Below, in pieces: positions 35,929-47,188 of a stretch of 64,000 nucleotides of DNA. Source of the DNA: Prorocentrum cordatum (lineage: Eukaryota); assembly GCA_963575745.1 (NCBI GenBank), contig CAUYUJ010000001.1, positions 62,001 through 126,000 of the forward strand, written 5' to 3'. Numbering within the stretch: the first letter of the stretch is position 1; every line of letters begins with the position of its first letter. Below the pieces are notes generated by a model, which was given only the letters and a program-made list of their open reading frames with translations, was not told the origin of the DNA and made no database searches. A program made the position numbers and the translations under genes.

Positions 35929-37842
35929 TCTGGAGAAGGCCTTCTCCTTCTCGCTTCCCCCCCTCGCTCGCCGCCGACGGAGACGGGGCCCACCGCCCAC
36001 GGCGCCCGATGTATCAAGATAGAGCCGAGGCCAGGGCGCTGCGCTCTGCAGCACCGTGCCCTGACCGAGGGCAAGACAGTCGCATCGGGCACCGCCCTCC
36101 CCTCAGGAGGGGAAACAACACAGACACAAGTCAACGTCGACCCCCAGGAAAATATGGGAAGTGGGGGGGGAGACGAGCATCAAAAAATATAAGGAAAGGG
36201 GGAATCCTGTCATTTGTGTGTATTCATTTGTGGGTCCTGTGCCCCTTGAAAGAAAGTCGCATCGGGCACCGCTCTCCCCTCCCTCCCATGGCCGACGAGC
36301 GGACGCAGGGCTCGTTTCGATTCCTCCGATGCGGTTCGATTCGATTTCGATGGCCTCCGCTGCCGATCCGATTCGACTTGGGATTCCGATGTGGGCTGAG
36401 ATGTCTTGTTGGAGGCCTACTGGCCTGCCGATCTCTGCCGATTCGACTTCTCCCGACGTGGCTGCCGGTTTCCGCCGATCCGGTTCGTTTCGATTGCCGA
36501 TCCGACTCATCGTGCCGATTCTGGGATCTGCCACCCTCCCCTCCCTCCCACAGCCGGGCGGAGGACGGCCGATGCATCCGGAGGGAGAGAGGACTCCCCT
36601 CTCCCTCCGGATGCCTCGGTCGTCGTCCGCTCGGTCCTGTACTTCCCAGGACTTCCCAGGGTCGTGAGCGGAGTGGCTTCCAGGACTGGTACTGGTCCAG
36701 GACTTCCAGGACTTCCAGGCTCCTCTGAGAGGAGGCAGTCCTGGACTTCCCACGGCCGTGAACAAGGTCGCGACGACGAGGGTTCGGCAAGCCGTCACGC
36801 TCCGCGCATATCCCCGCCAGCCCATTCAGAAGACCTGCCCATGAGAGCCGACGGGAAGAAGGACGGAGAGACACGCAGCGGGCAGCCAGAGTGAACAGAG
36901 AGATCTTTGGGAGCAAGGGGGGGGGCCTTGGGAGGGCCTCTTCGGGCCATCCTTGGGGCTCGCGTGGGGGCGAGGGAAGGAGGAGGAAGAGGAGGAGGAG
37001 GAGGACGACGACGACGACGATGATGACGATGACGACCACGACGACGAGGAAGAGGAGGGAACGGAAAATGAAGACGATGAGGGCAAGGACGAGGAAGAGG
37101 AGGAGTAGGAGGAGGAGGACAACGAAGACGAAGACAGAGCCCTCAACATCGCCCCTTGGAGCCCTCTTGGACTCTCTTGGAGGATCTTAGGGTCCACTTG
37201 GGGCTCTTCTGGGGGATCTTGGGGCCCTCTTGGGGCCCTCTTGGAGCCCCCATGTCCCTTGGGAGCCCTCGAGGCCTCTTTGGGCCATGTTGGAGGCCAT
37301 CGATCAAAACGGGGGAGTCCTTTATGTTCCCCTCACGCCCCTCTGGGGCCATCAAAACCATCCCTTCACGCGAAAGTTGGCGCTCACGGGGCCGTCATGA
37401 GAGCCTCTTGGGCCCCCTTCGAGGCTCTCCTGGGCCAAATTTGGGGCCATCTTGAAGCCTCAACAGCGCACCTGAAGCGAACAGGCGAGAAGGCACAAAT
37501 CATAGATAGTCCTCGGGTGTTTGAAGGAGTTTGGCTTCTCGGGGAAGCGTTGACGGGGTCTCCGAGAGCAACTGGAACCGTTGTGTGGCCCTCTCGGGAC
37601 CTCCTGGAGGCACGTTGGAAGCTGTCTTGAATCATATTCGGGTGTCTTATAGGCCGTCTTGGACGCTCTAACCCCTCGCGGCCGGCCCCCCCCCCAAAAG
37701 AAAAACTCAGGGCGGTGAGGGGGAGGGTACTCCTTCATGAAAGGAAGATGGGGCTTTTGAAGAAGAAAGGCAACATCGGTAGACCACCTACGCCTGGATG
37801 GTCGGTGGGATGTTCGGCCTCACAGGACCCAGTGGCCTAGGG

Positions 37843-38001
37843 TTAGGTCGGACGTGTCCCCCTACAGGCGGAGTTTGGACGAATAAGAAGAAATGCCCAC
37901 ACAAGATTCAAACAACATTTGAAAATAGTCAAAAAATCCTGCCCAGGCAATTTTTTACTAGTTCTGAATATTCTTCCTGTAGAGGGACAGGCCCGACTTA
38001 A
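37843..38001. mobile_element. MITE family H, copy 3 (opposite orientation)
   Basis: TTAGGTCGG...CCCGACTTAA; perfect 8-bp TSD GCCTAGGG (37835-37842, 38002-38009). Confidence 0.88.
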
Positions 38002-39107
38002 GCCTAGGGCAGTCAGATTTCGATTCGTTTCAGGGCAGGCCCAGACTTCCGACGGGACCGAGTTGTGACGACAAGCGCAGAGCATGTTGCAAGAGGGAAA
38101 AACATACAGACACAATTAATCGTCGATCCCCCAGATAATATGCGAAGTTTGGGAAGTGGGGAAGACAAAGTACCAGAACATCTAGGAACATATGGGGAAT
38201 CTTGTTCTTTGTGTCCATTTGTTTGTGTGTCCCAGGGCCCCTTCAATGTTGTTCTGCAGAGGTGCCCCGACCTCTGGGTACTCGAGCATGTCGAGTCTTG
38301 TCTTGTTCGGGGGGTAATGATTGAGGGGAGGTGGATATCATGGCGGCGGCCATGATATCTCCCCAGATGTCATGGCGCCTCTTCTTGTTTCAATACGTCC
38401 CCGGCCCCGCCCCTGGGCCACGCACGTGCCGCCAGCCATGTTTGGCGCCCTCCCCTCTTGGACGCCCCCCTCTCGGCGGCCCCCGAAGTAGGCGGGGGAG
38501 GATCGAGGTCTTGGATGGTTCTGGCTATTTCTGGGCATGCGTGAACCCCTAGAGGCACCCCGGAAACCTGGGGTGAATGGGGTATCGGGAGGGAGTCGGA
38601 GGGAGGCAAGGCCCAGACCTCCGACGTCTTGAGCAAGTCAAGGCGTACGTGGTGTCTCGAACATGGTCGCGTCAGGAAGCCGTTTCAAGGCGCAGGACAA
38701 CGGACTCCGGACGAAGCAAGGGACCCAGATGAGATCGGTGGTCTGAGTGGGTGCGTCCTCGCATTGAGGCGTTGTATGTGCGTCCCGCCGCAGGGTGCGT
38801 TGGCATTTAATCGTTCGGCCTACCATGTGGACGTCGATCTCCCGCAAGAGCAGTGGATTACGTGATGATCGTGCCATGTGTTTGCCGACGTGAAGTTGAG
38901 CAATATCGCACAGGTGTGTGTTCATACTTCTGTTTGTTGTGCCGACTCCCTTGGGTCCTTCACACTTCCTGCGGAGGCGCTCCACTTGAACACCGCTCTC
39001 AGCACCGCCCCTCAAGCAGAAAGGATCCAGCTGCTTGAGTTCGTGCGGTCGGGCTTTGCGGATTATACACTTGCGCTTGTCCGTGATTGGCCCGCACTAA
39101 CGTAATA

Positions 39108-39284
39108 CAGTGCAGACCCATGCCAAGAAACACCCTGCTTGCCTCCAGGGTGCCCTGGGTTTCTTGAGTTTCGATGGTTTTGCGATGGAAAGCGTGACGT
39201 GCCCACACCAAAAAATCAATGGACGTCCTAGTGTCTCAGGGTTGGGTTTCTTGTGGAAGGTTTCTTGTGGACTGGCCTCCACTG
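39108..39284. mobile_element. MITE family T, copy 2
   Basis: TA|CAGTGCAG...CTCCACTG|TA. Confidence 0.8.
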
Positions 39285-39487
39285 TATACACCTGCGCTTG
39301 CCCGTGGTTGGCCCGTACTCGCGTGATACGACCAAGCGATAACAGGATTTCCCAGGTGGGTCGCAGCCCCTGCCTTTGGAAGTGGACGATTGTAAACAGA
39401 TGTTTCCGGTTCGCCGTCGTCGTTGACGCCGTCGAGGCCGCCAGGTTGCAGCCAACGACCCATCGGAGAAATGTTGTTTTAAGCGTA

Positions 39488-39686
39488 CAGTGGAGACCCA
39501 TGCCAAGAAACGCTTTGCTGGCCTCCTCCTTCTCCTCCTCCTGCGTCCTCCAGGGTGCCCTGGGTTTCTTGGGTTTCGATGGTTTTGCTGTGGAAGGCGC
39601 GACGTGCCCACGCCAAATCCATGGGCGTCCTGGGGTGTCGGGGCTTGGTTTCTCGTGGAAGGCTTCTTGTGGACTGGCCTCCACTG
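39488..39686. mobile_element. MITE family T, copy 3
   Basis: TA|CAGTGGAG...CTCCACTG|TA: perfect 8-bp TIR and TA TSD. Confidence 0.85.
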
Positions 39687-40258
39687 TACCCGCCCGATGT
39701 ATTTGTTGATCCCCGTCGTCGCGTGATCGCTGAGTTAGACAAGACAGGCCATACAAGACAAGACAGGCTGCGCGCCGTGGTGAGCGGCGTCGTCCTTCTG
39801 GCGCCCCCCCCCCCGTCGGCACCAAGAGACCGCGCATGCCCCGCGCCGATGGCAGTGGCGGGCAGTGGCACGGCCCCCCCGGCGGTCCAGGAGCTCGAAG
39901 GCAGTGCACCTTGCCTGGCAGGAGGGGGCGCTGCGAGGAGGTGTCTCTCGATGTCGCAGTGCGAGTAGGGGATCGACAACATAATCGATTTACACCAAAA
40001 TCAGATGTCTCGTCGAATCCACGGAAGAATACTCAGAGTCTTCAGTAGATACACGAGCACTCTACGTATTCGTCGTAGCTCCGATGGGGAAAATCAATTT
40101 GGGGGTAAATCAATTCTGTAGTCGACCCTCTACTGGAGCAGTGCGACGTCAGGGCTCTCTTGCTCTGCCCTGCCTGCCAGGACTGCCTGGCAGGCGCAAC
40201 TCCTGGGAAGGTGGAGATGCGGGCATCGGGGCCTGCCAGCGCCCGGGGCCAAAAAAGG

Positions 40259-40280
40259 CTTGAGCCAGAATGATTGCGGA
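40259..40280 (-). other. Degenerate DinoSL relic (18/22)
   Basis: Reverse complement TCCGCAATCATTCTGGCTCAAG; all four differences are transitions. No recognisable ORF follows. Confidence 0.6.
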
Positions 40281-41029
40281 GGTGGCGTTGCGTAAAGGCT
40301 CCTCTCCTGTGCAGTCAAGATGCTGAGATAAGGGCCACTTTCACTGATCCCGTTCCACTACTCGCAAAGTGCCTGCTCGCAAACGTCTGCAAAAAAGCAC
40401 ATGTCTGCTTTGGCGTGATGTATCGCAGATCCCCCGCGGCGGATCCAGGCCATTTGCGAGAGCTACCTTGCGAGTAGTGGGAACGCGCTCGTCTACAGTG
40501 AGGGCTCGGGGTCTTCGAGCCGTGCCCTGGGTCTGGGCTGGAGCCCCGTTCGTGGCCGAGGCTCGCCGTGGCCAGGAGAGCCCCTGATGCAGAAGGATGA
40601 CTGCACGTCGGCTCGGAAATACGGCCTCCCTCTCTCTCTCTGGCCCTCTCCCTCCATTGCATCTCTATCTCTCTCTCTCATGTTCTCCCTCTATCTCTTT
40701 CTCGCTCTCGCTATTCGTCTCGTTCGTGGTAGTGGTGTGCCCATGCCAGTGGTATTACGGTTCGTGCTATGTTTGTACCAGTACTACTCGTCGCCTTCGT
40801 ATTTGCATATCCGTATCATTATACTACGATTAAAAATAATACTCATAGCATCAGCATTGGGATTATCATTAGCAGTACCATTGCCATTAACAAATAAGGA
40901 TGCTAATGCGAATACTAGTCGAACTAATATGAATAATGATAACGTTCGCATTACGATTCGTAGTATTGATCATAGTATGGTTAGTTTGCTTGTTCTTCTT
41001 ATTAGTATTGTCCTTCGGCCCCGTCCGAG

Positions 41030-41108
41030 GTGCAGGCGTCGAAAACGTTCGAGTACTGCGCTCGGGAGGCATCACAGGTGTTCGGCGGCGCCTCTGTGGT
41101 GCGCGAAG
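41030..41108 (+). CDS. Acyl-CoA dehydrogenase, exon D
   Basis: AG|GTG CAG GCG TCG... = VQASKTFEYCAREASQVFGGASVVRE(G), the ACAD 'A.Q.FGG' motif. Donor GAAG|GC preferred; an alternative G|GT donor at 41115 would add 2 aa. Confidence 0.9.
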
Positions 41109-41452
41109 GCCGCGGTTCCTCTCGCGGGGGGTTGGGGGAGAGCTCTTTGCCCCACAGTCGTTCTTTGTCCTGCATTTCGTTCGTCCTCGATCTCCTCCTC
41201 CTCCTCCTCCGCCTCCTCCTCCCTCCTCCTCCTGCTCCTCCTGCCCTGATCTCTGACGAAACTGAGATGTGGTTTGTCGATCTGAGCGTTTGTCCTAGAT
41301 TTAAGCCTCCCCAGGCGCTACGGGGCCCCAGGACCATCAATCATGGATCGAGGGCGACAAACCAACCCCGGGGAAGGGATGGGGACCTCTGGGGCCGCGC
41401 ATTGGACAAACAAAATATGACGGCGGATATCAGGTTATGTTGCGAAGGCCAC

Positions 41453-42280
41453 GGAGGAGGAGGAGGAGGGGGGAGGAGGGAGGGAGGGAGGAGGAGGAGG
41501 AGGAGGAGGAGGAGGAGGAGGGGGAGGAGGGGGAGGAGGAGGAGGAGGAGGAGGAGGAGGAGGAGGAGGAGGGGAGGGAGGTAGGAGGAGGAGGAGGAGA
41601 GGAGGAGAAGGAGGAGGAGGAGGAGGAGGGAGGAGGAGGAGGAGGGAGGAGGGAGGAGGAGGGAGGAGGAGGAGGCGGAGAGGAGGAGGAGGAGCAGGAT
41701 ATGATCTGCCATGGTAGGAGATGGCAGAGAAGTAGTCGGCGGATGAGCAAAGGGGATGGGAGGCGTAGTGTGGGGGGGAGGCGGAAGTGGCGGGGAAGGG
41801 AGGGATGGATAGAGGGAGAGGCCATGGAAGCAAGAGAGGGGAGACGTGGATGGAGGACGTGGGGAGTATAGTTGGCAGGTCTGGAAGTGAAGAAAGAGGG
41901 AGGGAACAAGAAGGCGGGCCGGTTCACGCTCCACTGAAGTGGCTCGTCCTCTTCCTCCTCCTCCTCCTTCTCCCCCTCCTCTTCCTCCTCCCCTTCCTCT
42001 TCCTCCTCCTCCTCCTCCCTCCTCCTCCTCCTCCTCCTCTTCCTCCCTCCTCCTCCTCCTCCTCCTCCTCCTCCCCCCTCCCTCCTCTTCCTCCTCTCCT
42101 CCCTCCTCCTCCTCCTCCTCCTCCTCCTCCTCCTCCTCCCCACCTCCTCCTCCTCCTCCCCATCTCCTCCTCCTCCTCCTCCTCCTCATCCTCATCCATC
42201 ATCCTCATCCTCATCCTCATCCTCATCCTCCTCATCCTGCTCCTCCTCCTCCTCCTCCTCCTCCTCCTCCTCCTCCTCCT
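41453..42280. repeat. (GGA)n then (CCT/CAT)n microsatellite block
   Basis: Directly visible. Confidence 0.9.
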
Positions 42281-44274
42281 CGGGCTGCACCCAGGACGCC
42301 GACAGAAGGAACGCCTCTGCGCTCGGGAGGCGCTCGGGCTCCCGGGCCGCTCCATAGATTTGTCTCGTCGAGCTCGTTCGTGGCCCGGGCCCGCCGTGGT
42401 CAGAAGTGCCCCCCTCCTGCCTGGCTCTGCGCACTCCGAGTTTCTTAGTAAGCGTCGGGGGGGGTGCTCCCGCCGACAGCCCCACGCCGAACCCCGTCAC
42501 GGGCAGCCACCGCGCGCCGAAGGCGCTCCGACCCCCGTCGCAGCGCGACGGCGAGGCGAGGTTGAGCCCGTCGGGGGGGTCCCCCCCCACGCTTACCAAG
42601 AAACCCAGAGTACGAAAACTAGCACGGACACCGTGGTTCCACTCTCGTGCCAGAGTTGGGAGGAGTTCGGCCATTTGCGCGTCGAGGCAGCCTTGCACTT
42701 CGGAAGCTAGGTAGCGAACGTCCCTAAGCCGCTGCTCGCAACCTCATGGTATGTGGCAATGTTTTTGTGTGTTCTCTCTCTCTCTCTCTCTCTCCCTCTC
42801 TCTCTCTGGGCACAGTGTAGCAAACTACCTCCAGAGGTATCGAATTCAGGAGGCAGGGAGGCACAATTTCGCAAGTCGACCTAGGATTACATCCTGACAG
42901 CAAGTCGACCGTACGGAGCGGCAGGCCGCCGCGGCCGCCGCGCCCGCGGCGCCGACCCGCCGAGCGCCACGAGGAGCAGCGCCGCCGCTTCCTTTGCAGG
43001 ACAGGCCCGCGTCGCGTCGACCCGCGGCGACTTCGCCGCCGGCGTTCCAACGTCAGCGCCGCTGGAGATCCAGAATTTGAGCAGGGACCGACCGTCCCGG
43101 CATTCCTATAGTCATACCGCGAAAGGTTCTTAGAACCCCGTTCTAAGAACAAAATCACTGTTCTTAGAACATAGACCCGATGTGATAAACCAAGACGCTC
43201 CCAGCCAGGAATGTTCTAAAAACATGTCGTGGAAACCACAAAAAGTTCTTAGAACGTTGTTTGGTAGAGCTATTGGCGAGCCAGGACGCTTCGCCACTGC
43301 TTGAAGAATCGGTCGAGGTCGAACGTCCGAGAACCACCGCCTGTGGGATCGATCTTCGCGGACCTCCACAGGCAGTGGATGTGGATACGTTCGAGCCCCC
43401 GGGGGCCAACACATATCCATATCCACCGCCCGCTGGGGCACCAGGACCCCAGGATAATCCCCGCCTCGCAGAACGATCGGACGTTTCGAGTAACGGCCGA
43501 TCGTTCGAGGTTGCACGGTGCTCGCGGTGTCGGGAGCCAGAATCGGTCGAGGTCGTGCGATTGGACGCTTCGGGTCATTCGAAGAAGAAGAAGAAGAAGA
43601 AACGCCATAAACATAAACTGTTGGCGCTCCGCGCAGATTTCTTGGAACCGCGCTGGTCCCATCCGGCAGCGCCTCCAGCACCAACCTTGGCGCGCTCCGC
43701 GCGCCAGGCAGGGGTCCAGCGCAGATCCAAGAAATCTGCGCGGAGCGCCAAAAGTTTGTGTTTACGTAGTTATCCTTCTTCTTTTTCTTCTTGTGACGGC
43801 CGATCGTTCGAGGTTGAACGGTCCCCGCAGTGTCGGGAGCCAGCGCCGAAGTCTGCACGACACGAACCTGCCGCACATAGGGCGCAGCTGCGACGCGGCC
43901 GGCACCGCCTTCATCCCGATGGCGATGGAGGCCTGCGGCGGCGGCTGGGGCAAGCGGGCCCAGGACCGGGATCAGTAGTTCCAGAGCGGTCTGGAACGCT
44001 TCCTCAGCGCTCCGGAACGGCCGCGGCGCCCGGGGCATCCTCCAGAATCGCTGGATCTCTGGGATCCCCGACTTTGGGGGAACGAACTATGACATAGACA
44101 TGAAAGCTCAGAGGTCCGCGCGGAGTTCTGCCTCCGGCGCCGCCAGGGGGGTCCAGCGCGGATCCGAGATATGAAGGCGGAGGTCCGAGCTTGTATGTTT
44201 GTGTCAGCGTTCGTTCCCCTAGATTTATCCTGGCCAGATTTGTTGCCTCAGCCTGCCTCCGTGTTTCACCACCC

Positions 44275-44420
44275 ACCAAGCCACCCCAACCCAACCCGAA
44301 GGCTTCGATTTGCCCTCGATTTCCAGTGGGGGTGTCTGGGAACATTGGAAAAAAACATATGGAACCCGTACCCCCCAACACGAAACTCGGGTCTTCGGGT
44401 TGGGTTGGGGTGGTCTTGGT
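44275..44420. repeat. Hairpin/MITE-like element (related half copy from ~44755)
   Basis: accaagccaccccaacccaacccgaag ... cttcgggttgggttggggtggtcttggt inverted arms. Confidence 0.65.
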
Positions 44421-44573
44421 AGGTAGTCAGTGTTAGCAACGCGGCGCGCCTCGACCTGGCCGCCCTGGCGGTTCGCGCGGCGGACGCCACACAAGGGAAG
44501 AGCTTGCCGCCAGGGCGGCCTGCTACGGAGCAGGCCCAGCTCTCGCTTCTTCTTCACTCACTGCGCACCAGAC

Positions 44574-44753
44574 TCTGGTCGGGTATGTCCTTCTACAGGC
44601 GGATTTTGGAGGGCAAATTGAAAATAATCAAACAGACTATTCCAACATTGTATACTTATATTCTTATATAACACCAAAAACAAAAAAACGTCCCCATGTT
44701 ATGTCCGGACTATTCTTGAATATTCCTCCTGGACAGCGGCGTGCCTGACTTAG
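44574..44753. mobile_element. MITE family H, copy 4 (degenerate)
   Basis: Shares ctacaggcgga(t)tttgga and gaatattc(c)tcctg with copy 3; TSD CACCAGAC / CACCAGGC. Confidence 0.7.
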
Positions 44754-45587
44754 CACCAGGCCACCCCGACCCAACCCGCAGGCCCCAAGCTGCCCTTCAT
44801 TCCGAGTGGGGTGACATCCACGAACATGGAAAAAAACACGCACAGATGGAACCCGCATGCCCTCTGAGCTACAGTCAGCCCGCATCACAAGGATGGGCAA
44901 CCTCCCCAAGGCTACCCTGGTATCCTTGCCCCGTCGGCCCATCCTCGGCCGCTTCCGTTGGCTGCGCCCCGCTCGAGAAGCTTCGAAATGGGCGTCCAAG
45001 ACCCTTGCATCCTCATCGCGCAGCCTTCTGATGCGGACCGACTGTGGTCCACAAGGAATGCGCGCGGGTCGCACTCCGGAGGCTGCGGGCGCCACGCAGG
45101 GCACCCGCAGCCAGGGCGGCCGCTGAGACGGCGGCTTACTCGGCGGACTCCGCGCGAGGGGCCACGCGGCCGCCCCCAAGCCCGCCCCCCGCCCCCTCCG
45201 CCGAGCTTCCCTCCCGTCCCCAGACGGGGCCCCGGGTGACGCTTGGCGGTCGGCGAATGCCGCCGACGAGGAGCCCCGCCTTTTCCTCGAAGAAGAACGA
45301 ACGCTACAAACATCATAAAGTGTCAGCGCTCCGCGCGGATTTCTCGGATCCGCGCGGGGGCGCCCTGTCGGCGCCTCCGGCGCCGCCCCTGGCGCGCTCC
45401 GCGCGCCAGGATGGGGGGCCCACCGAGAAGGAGGCCTGGGGCGCGTCGTGGAGGGTCCTTCTCCTCCTCTTCCTCCTCCTCCTCCTCATCTTCCTCCTCA
45501 TCATCCTCATATTGCTGCCCGCGGCTTTTTGTGGCTCTCTTTCGGGCCGCACTACCATTCTCAAGCTTCTCAGGTGTCCTGCCTGGA

Positions 45588-45992
45588 ATGCAGGACCTCG
45601 CCCACCATGCAGCGGACGTCCTGAGGTTTGGGGCGCAGGCGCTTGGGGCCTCGCTGGTGGCGCGCGCTTCTGCGCCCAGTTGCGGGAACTGCTCCCCGCA
45701 TTTGGCGTGCCCTGCGCCGCCGGCCCTGGCTTGCCCTTCCTGCGTGTGCGCGGGCGCTGGCGGCCAGGTGGTGGAGCCCTCGTGCGCGGGCCTCGTGGCG
45801 GCCTACGCGGTGGCCGCCTGCACGGTCGGGCTCGCCGTCGGCGCTGTGGCAGGCGCCTTCTTGGCGCGCCGCGCGCTCGCACCGCCTCTCGAGCCTGCGA
45901 TTGGCGAGCTGCCCACGGAGGTGATCGACATCGCCGTCCTCGCTGCCGAGCAGGTGCGCCTTGCTCGCGCCAGAGCCCCAGCGCTGCAGTGA
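45588..45992 (+). CDS. YR-A ORF0: small Cys-rich protein with a predicted transmembrane helix (134 aa)
   Basis: MQDLAHH...SCGNCSPHLACPAPPALACPSCVC...GLVAAYAVAACTVGLAVGAVAGAFLA-RR...; its stop overlaps the next ATG (TGATG). Confidence 0.55.
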   Translation: MQDLAHHAADVLRFGAQALGASLVARASAPSCGNCSPHLACPAPPALACPSCVCAGAGGQVVEPSCAGLVAAYAVAACTVGLAVGAVAGAFLARRALAPPLEPAIGELPTEVIDIAVLAAEQVRLARARAPALQ

Positions 45993-47188
45993 TGGCGGGG
46001 AGCTTCCACGCCATACGCTACCGCGTCGGCGGTGTGGCCCTGTGGCACGAGCGTCTGGCACTCGGGGTCTCAGCGGGGTTCGCCTACGTCGTCACGCCCG
46101 ACTTCGACGACTACGACGAGCCGATCGTGGTGGGGCCCGACGTGCGGGCGGTGCTGCCGTTGGCTGGCCAGGGCGACACGCCTCCCGCGCTGGTCGGCGC
46201 CGCCGTGCATCGTTTTCGGCGCCTGCCGTCCGCCGCGGAGCTGTGGGCCGCCGTGGGTCGCTCTGCGGCTGCGGGCTACCCAATGCCACCAGATCCTCTT
46301 CCTCTGGCTCTCTCGGCGGCCAACGCGGCGGGCGCGCCTCCAGGACCCTTCCTTCTGGCCGACCCTGCTGCCGCGGCCGCGGCGCCGCCGGCGCCGCCTC
46401 TCGCACTTCCACCTGCGGCTGGTCCTGCTGCTCCCGTACCGCCTGGCGCCGTCCCAGGAGTCGCGGCGCTCGCCGCTGCGCTGGGACCCGTGCCACCTGG
46501 CCCTGCCGCGGCGCCGCCGCTGGCGCACGTGCCTGGAGCTGCTGCTGGCGGTCCTGCCGCGGTCGCTCCGCTCCCCGCGCCCGCTGGCGATTTCAGGGTG
46601 CTGCCGATGGCGATCAACATGCGGGGGGAGCGTGAGCGGAGGTTCGGCGAGACGGTGAACGGCCTCTCCGAGACCGAGGTGCAGGGCTGGCCAGTCCAGG
46701 GCCCACGGACGCTTCTCTGGTGCCTGTCCTTCATGTCCACCATTGCGGGAACTCCCACCGCGTGGCATCAGCGCTGGCTCACGTCCATGGCGTTGGCCGA
46801 CGACGACGAGCACGCCAAGCTCCACGAGACCTTGTGTCGGGTCCTGGACCTCGCCGTGGTCTACGATCAGCTGCAGGTGGCAGAGATGGCGTCGTTCGAG
46901 ATCGTCGCACGTCAGCTCCAGCTGCTGGAGGAGCGGGTGCACGAGAGTCGGTCGCTGCCCCAGACGGCCGCCGCTCCCAAGGCCAAGTCTGGAGCTAGGA
47001 GTGGTGCGACGGCCGCGGCCTCCAGCATCCCCGAGACGAGCTACTTCCTCGGCGCGGGCGTCTCCAAGGCGAACCTGTGCATCTCGCCGAGGCTGCTTGA
47101 GTACATTGCAGATCAGATGCGGGCGGAGGCCGCCATCAGCAAAGAACGTCGCAAGGCACGTGAGGAGCGTGCCTTGCGGGCGCCATGA
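45992..47188 (+). CDS. YR-A gag-like ORF
   Basis: MAGSFHAIRY...WHERL...VVTPDFDDYDE...WPVQGPRTLLWCL...YDQL...KERRKAREER. Lies between repeat A1 and pol; its stop overlaps the pol ATG (ATGA). Confidence 0.75.
   Translation: MAGSFHAIRYRVGGVALWHERLALGVSAGFAYVVTPDFDDYDEPIVVGPDVRAVLPLAGQGDTPPALVGAAVHRFRRLPSAAELWAAVGRSAAAGYPMPPDPLPLALSAANAAGAPPGPFLLADPAAAAAAPPAPPLALPPAAGPAAPVPPGAVPGVAALAAALGPVPPGPAAAPPLAHVPGAAAGGPAAVAPLPAPAGDFRVLPMAINMRGERERRFGETVNGLSETEVQGWPVQGPRTLLWCLSFMSTIAGTPTAWHQRWLTSMALADDDEHAKLHETLCRVLDLAVVYDQLQVAEMASFEIVARQLQLLEERVHESRSLPQTAAAPKAKSGARSGATAAASSIPETSYFLGAGVSKANLCISPRLLEYIADQMRAEAAISKERRKAREERALRAP

Noticed and set aside
45547..45565. SL-like motif (ccgcactaccattctcaag) in YR repeat A
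   Set aside because: It needs several gaps to align and is too weak to call.
45044..45991. 5' extension of the 714-aa ORF
   Set aside because: It runs through a MITE fragment, a microsatellite and repeat A1; gag-like sequence starts at ATG 45992.
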